Below, in pieces: positions 27,137 to 37,297 of a stretch of DNA of 64,000 nt; position 1 is the first letter of the stretch, and every line of letters begins with the position of its first letter. Made by a program: the position numbers and the translations under genes. Source of the stretch: an uncultured virus (IMG/VR IMGVR_UViG_3300010396_000044) (taxonomy: Duplodnaviria > Heunggongvirae > Uroviricota > Caudoviricetes); IMG/VR virus record IMGVR_UViG_3300010396_000044, one strand, 5' to 3'. Below the pieces are notes generated by a model that worked only from the letters and a program-made list of their open reading frames with translations, was not told the origin of the DNA and ran no database searches.

Positions 27137-27808
27137 GTGGCCGATTACACCAGCATCGCGCATCGTCAGGCGACGCTGATCCGCAAGGCCCTGCAAGGAT
27201 CCATTTTCATCGCGCCCTACACCGCGACCGCGGTGACCGCGATCACCACCGGCTCGGCGGCCGACATCCTCACCCTCCCCGCTGGCTATGTGGACGCGGG
27301 CATGGTCGACAAAAAGAACGCCCCCACCTGGGCGTCCAAGGTCACCAACACTGCGGTCATGACGTGGGGGGACGTGTACGCCGCCCGGCGGGACATCACC
27401 GCAGTCGACGGCTCCCTGAAGTTCACCATGCTCGAAACCAACAAAACATCCCTTCAGTTGTATTTGGGTCAGGATCTGTCGACCACGCCGCTGGACGCGA
27501 CGACTAAGGAACTGGTCATCTACCAGGCGGCCCGTCCGCAGCCTATTCCTTATCGCGTGCTGGGCATTTTCCAGGACGGCAGCGGTAGCGACGCCATCTA
27601 CATTGGGCGTTTCTACCCGCGCGCTTTCGTCACTGACATCGGTGATCAGAAATGGGATGACGATGCCGATGCTCTCGTCTACGATGTGACTTTGACGCCT
27701 GAGAACGATTCCGTGCTGGGTACGCCCGTCATTCATTACTATGCAGGACCGGGATGGCAATCGTTGTTAACCGAAGCCGGTTTTTCGACTAATCCAGGCG
27801 CCAGTTAG
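27137..27808 (+). CDS. major tail protein
   Basis: LP.GY.D.G, RRDI..L.FTMLET, YPRA.V, Y.VT; position. Confidence 0.88.
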   Translation: MADYTSIAHRQATLIRKALQGSIFIAPYTATAVTAITTGSAADILTLPAGYVDAGMVDKKNAPTWASKVTNTAVMTWGDVYAARRDITAVDGSLKFTMLETNKTSLQLYLGQDLSTTPLDATTKELVIYQAARPQPIPYRVLGIFQDGSGSDAIYIGRFYPRAFVTDIGDQKWDDDADALVYDVTLTPENDSVLGTPVIHYYAGPGWQSLLTEAGFSTNPGAS

Positions 27809-27851
27809 CAATAGCTGGTAACATTGAGTGCGACCTTAGCGATACCTTGAC

Positions 27852-27916
27852 AAGGACCCCGGCGCCTGCGTCAACAGGCCCGGGGCGTGGCCGAACCTGG
27901 TGAGAGGTCCGACATG
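27852..27916 (+). promoter_or_regulatory. structured 5' leader of HNH gene (copy B)
   Basis: aligns with 7061-7127 with compensatory changes. Confidence 0.6.
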
Positions 27917-28939
27917 GATCAGGCTAGCGGTTGTGAAGTCTGTGGCAAGCCCACGGCGTGGTTTGAGCGTTGGCAACGGTATAACCGCTACTGCGGTTCG
28001 ACGTGTCGCGCCGCGGCGTATCGGCGCCGCCACGCGGCTGTGTCTGATCGGCCCGGCGAGGTGGCCTGTGAGGAATGCGGCGTCTCATACCGGATCCGGT
28101 CGTATGGTCCGGTTCCTCGTTGGTGTGCTGATTGCGCTGAGCAGCGTGGCCGGGATCGGGCTAATAGTGTTTATGAGAGACGGTCTCCGTCCCGTCGGCT
28201 GACTTGCCGGACATGCGCGGTGGAGTTCACGGCGCCTACGAAGCCTGGGGCTGCCCCCACGCGGTGCTCGCAGTGCAAGACGACGCATGATCGAGACCGT
28301 AGACGTGCTTACCGAGACAGCCATCGGAGCAGGAAGCCACCGGCTACGTGTCGGGCTGTGGTCTGTGTGGACTGTGGTGCTGAGTTTGAACGTGTGCACA
28401 GCAATGGTGTCCGGCGGCGCTGTGTTGCGTGTCGCGCTGCGCATAATATGGTGAGGCATCGGCGGTATCAACCGAACCGGGACCGGTCACCCCGGCCATG
28501 CGACATGTGCGGCGTGTTGATCACTCCGGAGCCTGTTGGGCCAGTGGCCAACTGGTGTCGCGTTTGCGCAGGGGCCAGGCAGGGACAGCAGCGGGACGAA
28601 TGGCTTAAGAAACGCCCCGAGCTGCTACGTCGCCGTTGGCAAGCGAACAAACAACGCCGCCGCGCAGCCAAGTACGCAGGCCATGTAGAACGGTTCTCTT
28701 CTCAAGAGATCTACGAGCGTGACGGCTGGGTCTGCGGTATCTGTGATCAACCTGTGGATCGGTCGCGGCGATACCCAGATCGGGATTCCGCGTCGTTGGA
28801 TCACATCGTTCCTTTGTCACGTGGCGGTAGTCACACTAGGCGCAATGTCCAACTTGCGCATCTTCGGTGCAACCTGGATAAGAGTGATCGGGTTGCCGAC
28901 CATGAGGTGGTAGCTGATGGCAACATTCCGCCTGGATGA
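27914..28939 (+). CDS. HNH endonuclease with Zn-ribbon repeats (homing-type)
   Basis: about five CxxC..CxxC repeats; RDGWVCGIC..LDHIVPLSRGG.H..NVQLAHLRCNLDK; inserted between major tail and chaperone. Confidence 0.9.
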   Translation: MDQASGCEVCGKPTAWFERWQRYNRYCGSTCRAAAYRRRHAAVSDRPGEVACEECGVSYRIRSYGPVPRWCADCAEQRGRDRANSVYERRSPSRRLTCRTCAVEFTAPTKPGAAPTRCSQCKTTHDRDRRRAYRDSHRSRKPPATCRAVVCVDCGAEFERVHSNGVRRRCVACRAAHNMVRHRRYQPNRDRSPRPCDMCGVLITPEPVGPVANWCRVCAGARQGQQRDEWLKKRPELLRRRWQANKQRRRAAKYAGHVERFSSQEIYERDGWVCGICDQPVDRSRRYPDRDSASLDHIVPLSRGGSHTRRNVQLAHLRCNLDKSDRVADHEVVADGNIPPG

Positions 28940-29231
28940 CTATATCGCGGAGTCCAAGGTTGACCCGTTCGAGTTGGATTGCGGGGATCAGGGCCGGTTT
29001 GTGTTGAATTACCCGGATGGGGACACGTTGACGCAGCTGACGGAGTGCCCGCTGAACCAGACCCGGCGGATCTTCCAGCTGTTGACGGGGGATCAGTTTG
29101 ATCAGATTTGGCCGATCGTTGCACCGTTGCCGGGGAAGGTGCTGTCCGGGGTGATCAACGATGTGATCAGTCATTTCAATTTGGGGCAGGTGCAGCAGTT
29201 GCCGGGGGGTTCGCGGGCCTCGCGGCGCTGA
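28917..29231 (+). CDS. tail assembly chaperone (short form)
   Basis: position before TMP; ends just after G-run slippery site. Confidence 0.8.
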   Translation: MATFRLDDYIAESKVDPFELDCGDQGRFVLNYPDGDTLTQLTECPLNQTRRIFQLLTGDQFDQIWPIVAPLPGKVLSGVINDVISHFNLGQVQQLPGGSRASRR

Positions 29232-29668
29232 TCAATGAGCACGGCGAGGCCATCGAATACGACCTGCAATCGTTCCTCGGTGTGGATATTCACGACTTTT
29301 TCCGCGGACACCGGCCGTGGGGGCAGTTGTACCGGTTTATTGCGCAGTTGCCTCCGCATTCGCGGTATCACGCCGCGCTGGTTGCTGATGAGGACAGTGT
29401 ACGGCGGCTGCTCTCCGACAAACCGGGCGATGGGCGGTTGTCGATGGCCGGTTGGACACCTGAACGGGACCTGCTGACCACCATCGCGGAAATATTGAAT
29501 GAGATGCACGCGACGCTGATCCAAGCCAACTCCGAGAAGGGGAAACGCCCCGCGACGGAGCGGATGCCGCGGCCGTGGACAGCGTTCGAGAAAGTAGCCG
29601 CGAAACAAGCGTACGACGAACACAAACAGCGAGTGCGGTTGTTCCTAGCCCGTAGCCGAGACGAATAG
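28917..29668 (+). CDS. tail assembly chaperone, -1 frameshift extended form
   Basis: G GGG GGT at 29204-29210 shifts into AIEYDL..G.D..R..LP..S frame. Confidence 0.75.
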
Positions 29669-29689
29669 GCGAGGGGGTGGGTAAAAGGT

Positions 29690-32600
29690 ATGGCGGATTA
29701 CAGTGTTGGTTCGGCATACCTTTGACCGGTAACTCACTGTTCTGCCTGATCTGTCGGGTTTCGGTGAGAACGTTCGTCGGCAGCTCGCTGAGGAGGATTT
29801 TTCCGCGACTGTTCCGCTTGATCCGGAGCTGAACTCCGAGGAGCTGGACGCTCGGATCGCGGAGATCAAGGCCCGGCTGGATGAGTTGTCCGGTGGCGAC
29901 GTCACGGTCGGTGTTGATGACGCTGATGCGTTGGCCGAGATTGAGGTCCTCAAGGCCGAGCTGGATGAGCTTGAGGCCAAACGCGCCACGATCTCCGCGC
30001 GGGCGGACACCGTTGAGGCCCGCGCTGACCTGGATGAGCTCAAGGCCAAGGCTGATGAGCTCGACGGCAAGACCGTCACCATCCACGCCAAAGCGGACAC
30101 CAGTGAAGCGGAAAGCGGTCTCAACGGTCTGATGGCCGCCGCTGTGGGGCTGGCACCAGCGATCATCCCCATCGCCGCCGCCGCAGCGGGTGGTTTGGGT
30201 GCTATCGGGATCGGCGCGCTCGGCGCCGTGGCCGGTATCGGGGTCCTCAAAGAGGCCTTCTCCGGGGTCGGCACGGCGATCTCGGCGGTGCAAACCGCGC
30301 AAACCCAGCAGGGGCAGAACGCCGCTTCGGCGGCGGCGCAGCAGATCTCCTCCGCGAACTCCGTCGCCAACGCCCAGGACTCGCTGCGGACCGCGGTGGA
30401 GAACGTGGCAGTGGCGCAGGAGACGGCCGCGCGGAATGTCGCCTCGGCGATGGAGCAGCAGCAAAACGCGGTACAGGCCGTGGCGGTCGCGGAAGAGACA
30501 GCCGCCCGGAACATCGCGTCGGCGATCGAGCAGCAGAAGCAAGCTGAGCAGTCCCTCACCGACGCGATCCGGTCCCAAACCCAGGCGCAGCAAGCCCTGA
30601 CTCAGGCGAGGATCGACGCGCAGAACGCGCTGATCAACTCAACGTTGTCGGTGCAGGACAACGCGCTGGCGCAACGCTCCGCGCAGTTACAGCTCGAGCA
30701 GGCGCAGCAGAACCTTGCGCAACTGTCCCCGTCAGCGACCGCGCTCCAGCGCCAGCAGGCGCAGCTGGCGGTCGATCAGGCGCAGCAGCAGATCACCGAC
30801 ACCATCGCTCAAGGCCAGCAGCTTCAACAGCAGAACACCACGCTCCAGAAGCAGGGCGTTGAGGGTTCTCAGCAGGTCGTCGCGGCGCAGAACTCGATCA
30901 CCTCCGCGAATGAGCAGGTCGCCAGTTCTCAGCAGCGGGTCGGGGACACCACCGCGGCGGTCGCCCAGGCTCAGGAAGACGCTGCCCGCAACGTCGCGGG
31001 AGCCCAACAGAAACTCGCTGATGCCACGAAGGCGGTCGCCCAGGCCCAGGAGGACGGGGCGCGGCAGATCGCGCAGTCCCAGCAGGCCGTGGTCACCGCC
31101 ACCCGCGCGCTGCAAGACGCCCAAGCATCTCAGGCCGCTCAAGCCGCCAGCGCAGCGAACGCGAACAACGCCGTCGCCGCGGCCATGGCGAAACTGTCCC
31201 CGGCCGGGCAGTCGTTCGTCAACTTCATTGTCGGGCTCAAACCCCAACTCGACCAGCTCAAGCAATCCGCATCCGATGGGGTCCTCACGGGGCTCCAGGC
31301 CGGCATCCAAGCCGTGCTACCCGATCTGCCGCTGCTCAACAGCCTCATCGCAACCATCTCCGGGGCACTGGGTGATCTCGCTAAAGACGCTGGCCAGGCG
31401 TTGGCGTCGCCTTACTGGACCGGGTTCATCTCGTTCATCCAAGGCGAAGCCGCGCCAAGTATCCAAACCTTCGGGGTCATCATCGGGAACCTGGCACACG
31501 GGTTCGCTGGGCTGCTGGAAGCCTTCAAACCTGTCTGGGATCAGATGGGCGCCGGGCTCGAGCATTTGACCGCGGACTTCGCGAACTTCGGTGCTACCGC
31601 ATCCAGCAACACCGGGTTCCAAAATTTCCTGGCCTACGTCGAAAAAGAAGGCCCCGTCGTCGTCCAGACCCTCGGTAACCTGATCCTCGCTTTCGCGCAT
31701 ATCGGGGAGGCTCTGGGGCCATTGGGCGGGGTCGTTCTGACAGTGGTCAACGATCTAGCTAAATTCGTCGCGGCTATCCCTACCCCGATTCTCACTCCAC
31801 TCGTCACCGCCCTTTACTTGGGGTATTTGGGGTGGAAATCATGGCAGATCGTCGACAACATCACGACGAGCATCGGCAAATTCGTTGAGGGTGTCCAAAC
31901 GCTGCTGACCAAACTGGGCATCCTCAACGACACCACGGCCACCGCCACCGTCGCGGTGGAAACCCAGACCGTGGCCACTGAGGAGTTGACCACGGTACAA
32001 GGCGTGCAGGCCATTGACCTGGACGCGTTAACCGTCAGCGAGACCGCGAAAACTGTCGCTGAAGGCGCCGACACCGCAGCCACCGAAGGGCTCACGGTCG
32101 CGACCGGTGCTTTGGATGTGGCGATGGACGCCAACCCCATCGGCCTCGTCATCACAGCCCTCGGCGCCCTCATCCTCGTCGTCGTCGAAGTATGGGATCA
32201 TTTCGACACGCTGAAGGCCGTTGTCGGTGACGTGTGGGGCTTCCTCGGCTCCGTTATCCAAGGCACCTATAACGACGTCATCAAACCAGTTTTCGACTTC
32301 TTCGTCGGAATCATCGATGGGCTGGTTGGCGCGTTCCAAACCGCGATCAACAACATCGGCAGCATTTGGGGCCTGCTCGGGAACATTGTTAAAGCCCCCG
32401 TCAATTTCGTTATTGACCCGATCTACGATAAGGGCATCGCCGGTCTGTGGAACGACATCGCCGGTGTTTTCGGCCTGCCGACGTTGCCGATCATCGCCAC
32501 TTTGGCGGGTGGTGGGGTGCTCTCCGGGTACGCCCCCGGCCGGGACACGGTGCCCGCCCTGTTGTCCCCCGGCGAAGGTGTGTTGGTCCCTGAGGCTGTC

Positions 32601-33488
32601 GCGGGGCTCGGCCCTGACTTCGTGTTGTGGGCCAACGAGTTCTACTCCGGTGGCCGCAGCACACCGTCCAGCCCGGGCCGGTTCGCCACGGGCGGCATCG
32701 TCGGTGACATCGCCGGCCTGTTCACCGACCCGGCCGGGACCATCGCCAACATTTTCGCCCCGACAACCAGCCAAACCAACCAAATCCCCGGCACCGGCGA
32801 ACTACACCAAGCCTTGGTGGACATCCCCGGGAAAGTCGTCAGCGCCGCCGTTGACAAGGCTAAAAGCTACGTCTCTAGTTTGGCGTCGGCAGTGACCGGC
32901 AGCATCGGCGGCGGGGTTGAACAATGGCGTCCCGTCGGGCTTGCCGCGCTCACCGCGGAAGGCCAGGACGCTGCGGCGAACATCAGCTACCTACTCGCGC
33001 AGATGACCACCGAGTCCGGTGGCAACCCGACGATCGTCAACACAACCGACAGCAACTGGGTGGCTGGTACCCCCAGCGTCGGATTGTTGCAGGTCATCGG
33101 ACCCACCTACGCGACGTACAAAGACCCACGGTTCGACAAAGGTCCTTACGAATATGGGGTGTCCGTCGACCCAATGGCGAACATCACCGCTGCGATCAAG
33201 TACACGCTGTCTGCGTACGGTTCTCTGTCGTCGGTGTGGGGGCAGGGTCACGGCTACGACAACGGCGGATGGCTGCCACCGGGCCTGACGATGGCCTACA
33301 ACAACACCCGGACCCCGGAAGCGGTCCTCACCGGGTCGCAGTGGTCGACGCTGATGAACCGCACCCAGGGCGGCGACTCGGGGCGGCCGATCACCGTCAA
33401 CGTGTACCCCCGCGCTGACCATTCCGAGGCGGAGATCGCTGACATGGTGTCCCGCCAGTTGTCGATCTCGATGCGGACCCACCGTTGA
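29690..33488 (+). CDS. tape measure protein with C-terminal lytic transglycosylase; 5' end interrupted by 13-nt gap
   Basis: MADYSVGSAYL|TVLPDLSGFG N-terminus; Ala/Gln coiled coil; GGG..GYAPG.D.VPALLSPGE; ESGGNP..GLLQ SLT. Confidence 0.9.
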
Positions 33489-34426
33489 CCGCGCCCGTCG
33501 TCACAACACCCAACGTGCAGCTAGACGGGCTGACGATGCTGTACCGGGTCAATGGGGGCCCCGTCCCCACTGACAGCAACGGCGTGGAGTGGCTACTCAC
33601 CAAGTTCGACGGCTGGACGGGGGTGCCGGCGCCGAGCGCGGTGTCCACAACCCGGATCAACCGGGTCAACCATTCGGGCGCGTTCCGTTCGGCCTCCTAC
33701 CGCGGCCCCCGGATCCTGAGCATGGAGCTGCACGTCACGGCCCCCGATGTGCAGACGCTGCGGAACGTTGAGGAGCAGGTCAACTCGATCTGTTCGGACC
33801 CGGCGCAGCTCTATCCGATGGTGGTGATGGAGGGTGGCCTGACGCGGGTCATCATGGTTGAGCTTAATGACGCGATCAGCAGCGCGCCGATCAACTGGTA
33901 TTCGACGCATTACGCGTTCGCGTTGGCGGCGCCGGATCCGCGGAAGCATGACAATTCGTGGCAGTCACCGATCGCCACGTTGGGTGTGTCCTCGTCGGGT
34001 GGTTTGGTGTTGACGAGCCCTGGTGCGTCTTATGCGAGTCCGGGGGCGGATTTCGGGACGGTGGGTAGCCCGAGTCAGGCCAGTGTGCACAACTTTGGTA
34101 CGGCGATCGCTCGCCCGTTTTTCGCGGTGCAGGGACCGTTGCAGGCGCCCTGGCAGATCAGCGACATCGGGAGCGGTGCGGTAATCAACTGCACTCGCGC
34201 GCTCGGGGCAACGGACAGCATGGTTATCAACTGTGATGATTTCCCCGCGCAGGGTTTCCCTGGTCGCAGCGCCTATCTGAACACGTCGATCAGTCAACGC
34301 GCGGCGATTTTGGTGCCGTTCGGCTGGCCCAAGGTGCTACCGGGGGCCACGAACACGTACGTGCTTCGTTCAACGAGTTTCACCGCCGCGACGATGACGG
34401 TTTCGCTGCGCTCGGTGTGGAATTAG
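33485..34426 (+). CDS. distal tail (Dit-like) minor tail protein
   Basis: GVEW..DGW, L.APDPRK, N.GT..P..GP; follows TMP. Confidence 0.8.
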   Translation: MTAPVVTTPNVQLDGLTMLYRVNGGPVPTDSNGVEWLLTKFDGWTGVPAPSAVSTTRINRVNHSGAFRSASYRGPRILSMELHVTAPDVQTLRNVEEQVNSICSDPAQLYPMVVMEGGLTRVIMVELNDAISSAPINWYSTHYAFALAAPDPRKHDNSWQSPIATLGVSSSGGLVLTSPGASYASPGADFGTVGSPSQASVHNFGTAIARPFFAVQGPLQAPWQISDIGSGAVINCTRALGATDSMVINCDDFPAQGFPGRSAYLNTSISQRAAILVPFGWPKVLPGATNTYVLRSTSFTAATMTVSLRSVWN

Positions 34427-34596
34427 GCCTCAAGTCGAGCCTGAAAACGCGGGACTAGGTCCGTGGTGTCCAGTTTCCCGTTTGACAGGTGAATAGCGGC
34501 CATGGAACTGGCCACTGGATCTATACGGTAAGCCATTTTAACTAGCCGCGCGGCTACAAACATTCGGGCGTTATGGATCCGGGTGGATATTCGCAT
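34423..34596 (-). CDS. antisense moron, small hypothetical protein, leaderless
   Basis: fills gap; TACAGT 6 nt before ATG; lower GC. Confidence 0.45.
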   Translation of the reverse strand: MRISTRIHNARMFVAARLVKMAYRIDPVASSMAAIHLSNGKLDTTDLVPRFQARLEA

Positions 34597-34626
34597 GACC
34601 TGACTGTACCAGTAAAGGGTGGTTCC

Positions 34627-35811
34627 ATGACTAATACTGCGCCGCAGCAGCAGCCAGCGGTTGTTGACAAGGACACCACCAACAACAACGGCACCACCGC
34701 GCAGGCCCTGCGGTACGGGTTCGGGGCGCTGTCCCAGCCAGCACCGGCGCAAACGTTCCAGTGGGCCACGGGGGTTTTCCCTGGCGACTCCAATGGCACC
34801 ACGATCACGGACTACCAGGTCACCCAAACCTCGCCCAGTGCGACGATGGCGGTGTTGGTGCAGCCGGGGCAGCTGGTCGTCAACCGGTCCCTCGGCGGCC
34901 CTTATTTCGGTACCTCTAACGCCGCGTTCAACGTGACCATCCCGACTGCGAACACGAACCCTCGCATTGATTACGTGGTGATGCGGGTGCGGGATTTTGG
35001 TGTGGATGGGGTTAGTTCGGCGGTGCAGACCTACGCCGCTGTCGTGTTGTCCGGCACACCGGCTGGTAGCCCATCCGAGCCGGTGTCGCAGCTCACCGAC
35101 GGTGACGTGCTCCTGGCCGCGGTCACCGTGCGGGGCAGCACCACCTCGATTCTCAACTCGGACATCTCCGACCGCAGGGTGTTCGTGGCCGCGCAGGGTG
35201 GCATCTACCCGCTGTCCAGTGTGGACACCCGCAACGGCGCCTACCCCGGGCATGTCCGGTACAACATGAACACCGGCGCCTACGAGGGCTGGTCAGGCGC
35301 CGCGTGGGTGGTCATCGCCGCTCCCGCTACGTGGTCGAGCTGGACCCCCTCACTGACCTATGCGGGTGCGGGTGGTGTGTCGGCTGGGACGGTGAGCCTG
35401 GGTTCGGGTGGTGTGGTCACCGGCCGGTACATGCTGCAAGGCAAACGCCTCGAGATCGCTTACACGTTCCAGTGGGGCACCAGCGGTTTCACCGCCGGGG
35501 AAGGCGCTATCCAAACCACGTTGCCGCCGGGTATGACATCCCGTTCCGTTGGTGAGACACAGATCTTGTGTCAGTGGTTTTCGGGAACGACGTCCCAGAC
35601 GATCTGGTCAGGGTCGGCGTTCGTCCCGGCTAATAGTAATGCTATCCGGCCGCAGTTCCCGATCAGCGCTGCCATGTGCAACCTGCTGCCGTTCCAGGTG
35701 GGTGGTAATGGCGGTACCGGGGTCGGTACCGGTGTGCCTCTCATCTCGGGTTCGTTCAGTGATGGTCCTGGCGCGATCCTGAACATCAACGGAACAATCG
35801 AGATCCAGTAA
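34627..35811 (+). CDS. minor tail protein
   Basis: NPRIDYVV.RV.D..V..GTP...P..P..LA.V.V..I.D.R. Confidence 0.8.
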   Translation: MTNTAPQQQPAVVDKDTTNNNGTTAQALRYGFGALSQPAPAQTFQWATGVFPGDSNGTTITDYQVTQTSPSATMAVLVQPGQLVVNRSLGGPYFGTSNAAFNVTIPTANTNPRIDYVVMRVRDFGVDGVSSAVQTYAAVVLSGTPAGSPSEPVSQLTDGDVLLAAVTVRGSTTSILNSDISDRRVFVAAQGGIYPLSSVDTRNGAYPGHVRYNMNTGAYEGWSGAAWVVIAAPATWSSWTPSLTYAGAGGVSAGTVSLGSGGVVTGRYMLQGKRLEIAYTFQWGTSGFTAGEGAIQTTLPPGMTSRSVGETQILCQWFSGTTSQTIWSGSAFVPANSNAIRPQFPISAAMCNLLPFQVGGNGGTGVGTGVPLISGSFSDGPGAILNINGTIEIQ

Positions 35812-35887
35812 CGACGGTGTCGTCGCTCACATGAAATTAACAGAGTGGACACAGCTAGCGCACAAAGCCTTGAATTAATCTTAGGCA

Positions 35888-36655
35888 ATGACCAGGGAAG
35901 ACAGCGACTTCTACACCTGCGTGAACTGCAAGGAACGTCGCACCGCTGACGAATTGAGATATCCGGGTGTGACGAAAGCGGCCCCCCGCATGGTATGTCG
36001 GCAATGCCGACTGAATAACCCTGACCAAGGGTGGTGCAACGGACATCGTACATTCCATCCGTTGAATCATTTTTACAAGAATGTTCGAAGGGTCGACGGA
36101 CACACCGAGAGCTGCCGCGCCGTTTTAGCCGATCAGCAATGGGCAACACGTCACAAAACAACTATGCAACTTCGATATCGGACGTGCATGGCGTGCAATC
36201 AGGAAAGACCAGTCTCATCATTCAAGGGAACCAGACACAAGCGGCATGTCTGTGTACCGTGCGCCGACAGTCACCCAGATCAATCATGGTGCGCCGGTTG
36301 CAAGGATTGGGCCCTCCTTGAGTGGTTTGACATCTCTTCCAGAGAGCGCCCAATGTCTTGGTGTGCTTTATGCTGGGCGCTTCGAACTCACGGTACTACC
36401 CTGGCCGCCGTTCTAGAGCTACAGGAATCACCTACCCCCGCGTGCGCAGTTTGCGGGCTAACGGAGCGTCGCAAACTGTGCGTTGATCACGACCATCGAT
36501 GTTGTCCTGATGACAGGTCGTGCGGGCAATGCGTACGGGGACTGTTATGCGTGACATGTAACCGTATCGAGGGATTACTAGCGACGCCAGTTAAAGCGAT
36601 TCACATGGCTGCATATATGGCTAGAGCCGACATGCGATTGTCTCAAAAGGAGTAA
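35888..36655 (+). CDS. endonuclease VII-type homing nuclease
   Basis: Q..CAVC..LCVDHDH.CC..SCG.CVRGLLC..CN; repeated CxxC domains; low GC. Confidence 0.9.
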   Translation: MTREDSDFYTCVNCKERRTADELRYPGVTKAAPRMVCRQCRLNNPDQGWCNGHRTFHPLNHFYKNVRRVDGHTESCRAVLADQQWATRHKTTMQLRYRTCMACNQERPVSSFKGTRHKRHVCVPCADSHPDQSWCAGCKDWALLEWFDISSRERPMSWCALCWALRTHGTTLAAVLELQESPTPACAVCGLTERRKLCVDHDHRCCPDDRSCGQCVRGLLCVTCNRIEGLLATPVKAIHMAAYMARADMRLSQKE

Positions 36656-36660
36656 CGGGA

Positions 36661-37287
36661 ATGTCCCTGCACTGGTTTCGGCAGGCCCCCGCGAAAGCGT
36701 GGACGAAACAGGTCAATTTCACCTCGGATGCTATGACGGTGACCCTGCACACCAGCAGCTTCACCCCAGCAGTCGACACCCAAGCCTACGTTTCAGACCT
36801 CACCAACGAACTCGCCACAGGTGGCGGCTACACGGCTGGTGGCCAAACGCTGTCGAGTTGTACCTGCACGTACACCACGGCGGCGAGTTGGTCAACTACG
36901 TGGCAGGCGTCGACAGCGGTGACGTTGGATTACGTGGTGCGCCCAGCCAGTTCTAACGGGTTCCTGTATCGCTGCGCGGTGGCGGGTACGACGTCGGCTA
37001 GCGCCCCGACGTGGCCAACGGTCGTTGGTACGACGGTCACTGATGGTGGTGTGACCTGGGAATGCGTCGGGTCAGGCATCATCGTGTTTGCTGCGACGTC
37101 GCCGAGCTGGGCCACTGCAACATTCGGGCCATGCCGCTATATGGTGATCAGTGACCGGACACCGGGCACCGCATCAACCCAACCGCTCATGGGATATTTC
37201 GACTTCGGGTCGGACAAAACGGGGCAGGGTGGGGCGTTCACCTACAACTTCAACCCGCAGGGCGTCGCGCACATCTTCGTACCTTAA
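36661..37287 (+). CDS. minor tail protein
   Basis: D..NE..GYTAGG..L; LYRC..AGTT..PTWPT..G.TV.DG.V.W module. Confidence 0.75.
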   Translation: MSLHWFRQAPAKAWTKQVNFTSDAMTVTLHTSSFTPAVDTQAYVSDLTNELATGGGYTAGGQTLSSCTCTYTTAASWSTTWQASTAVTLDYVVRPASSNGFLYRCAVAGTTSASAPTWPTVVGTTVTDGGVTWECVGSGIIVFAATSPSWATATFGPCRYMVISDRTPGTASTQPLMGYFDFGSDKTGQGGAFTYNFNPQGVAHIFVP

Positions 37288-37297
37288 AAGGGGAACC

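Noticed and set aside
29717..29732. prfB-type +1 frameshift (TAC CTT TGA C) as the sole explanation of the TMP gap
   Set aside because: The +1 frame is the TMP frame but hits TAA two codons later (GAC CGG TAA), and the internal SD of prfB is absent.
29886..29888. ORF-track TTG as the true TMP start
   Set aside because: It falls inside a repeat unit, and coding-like sequence continues 51 codons upstream; not formally excluded.
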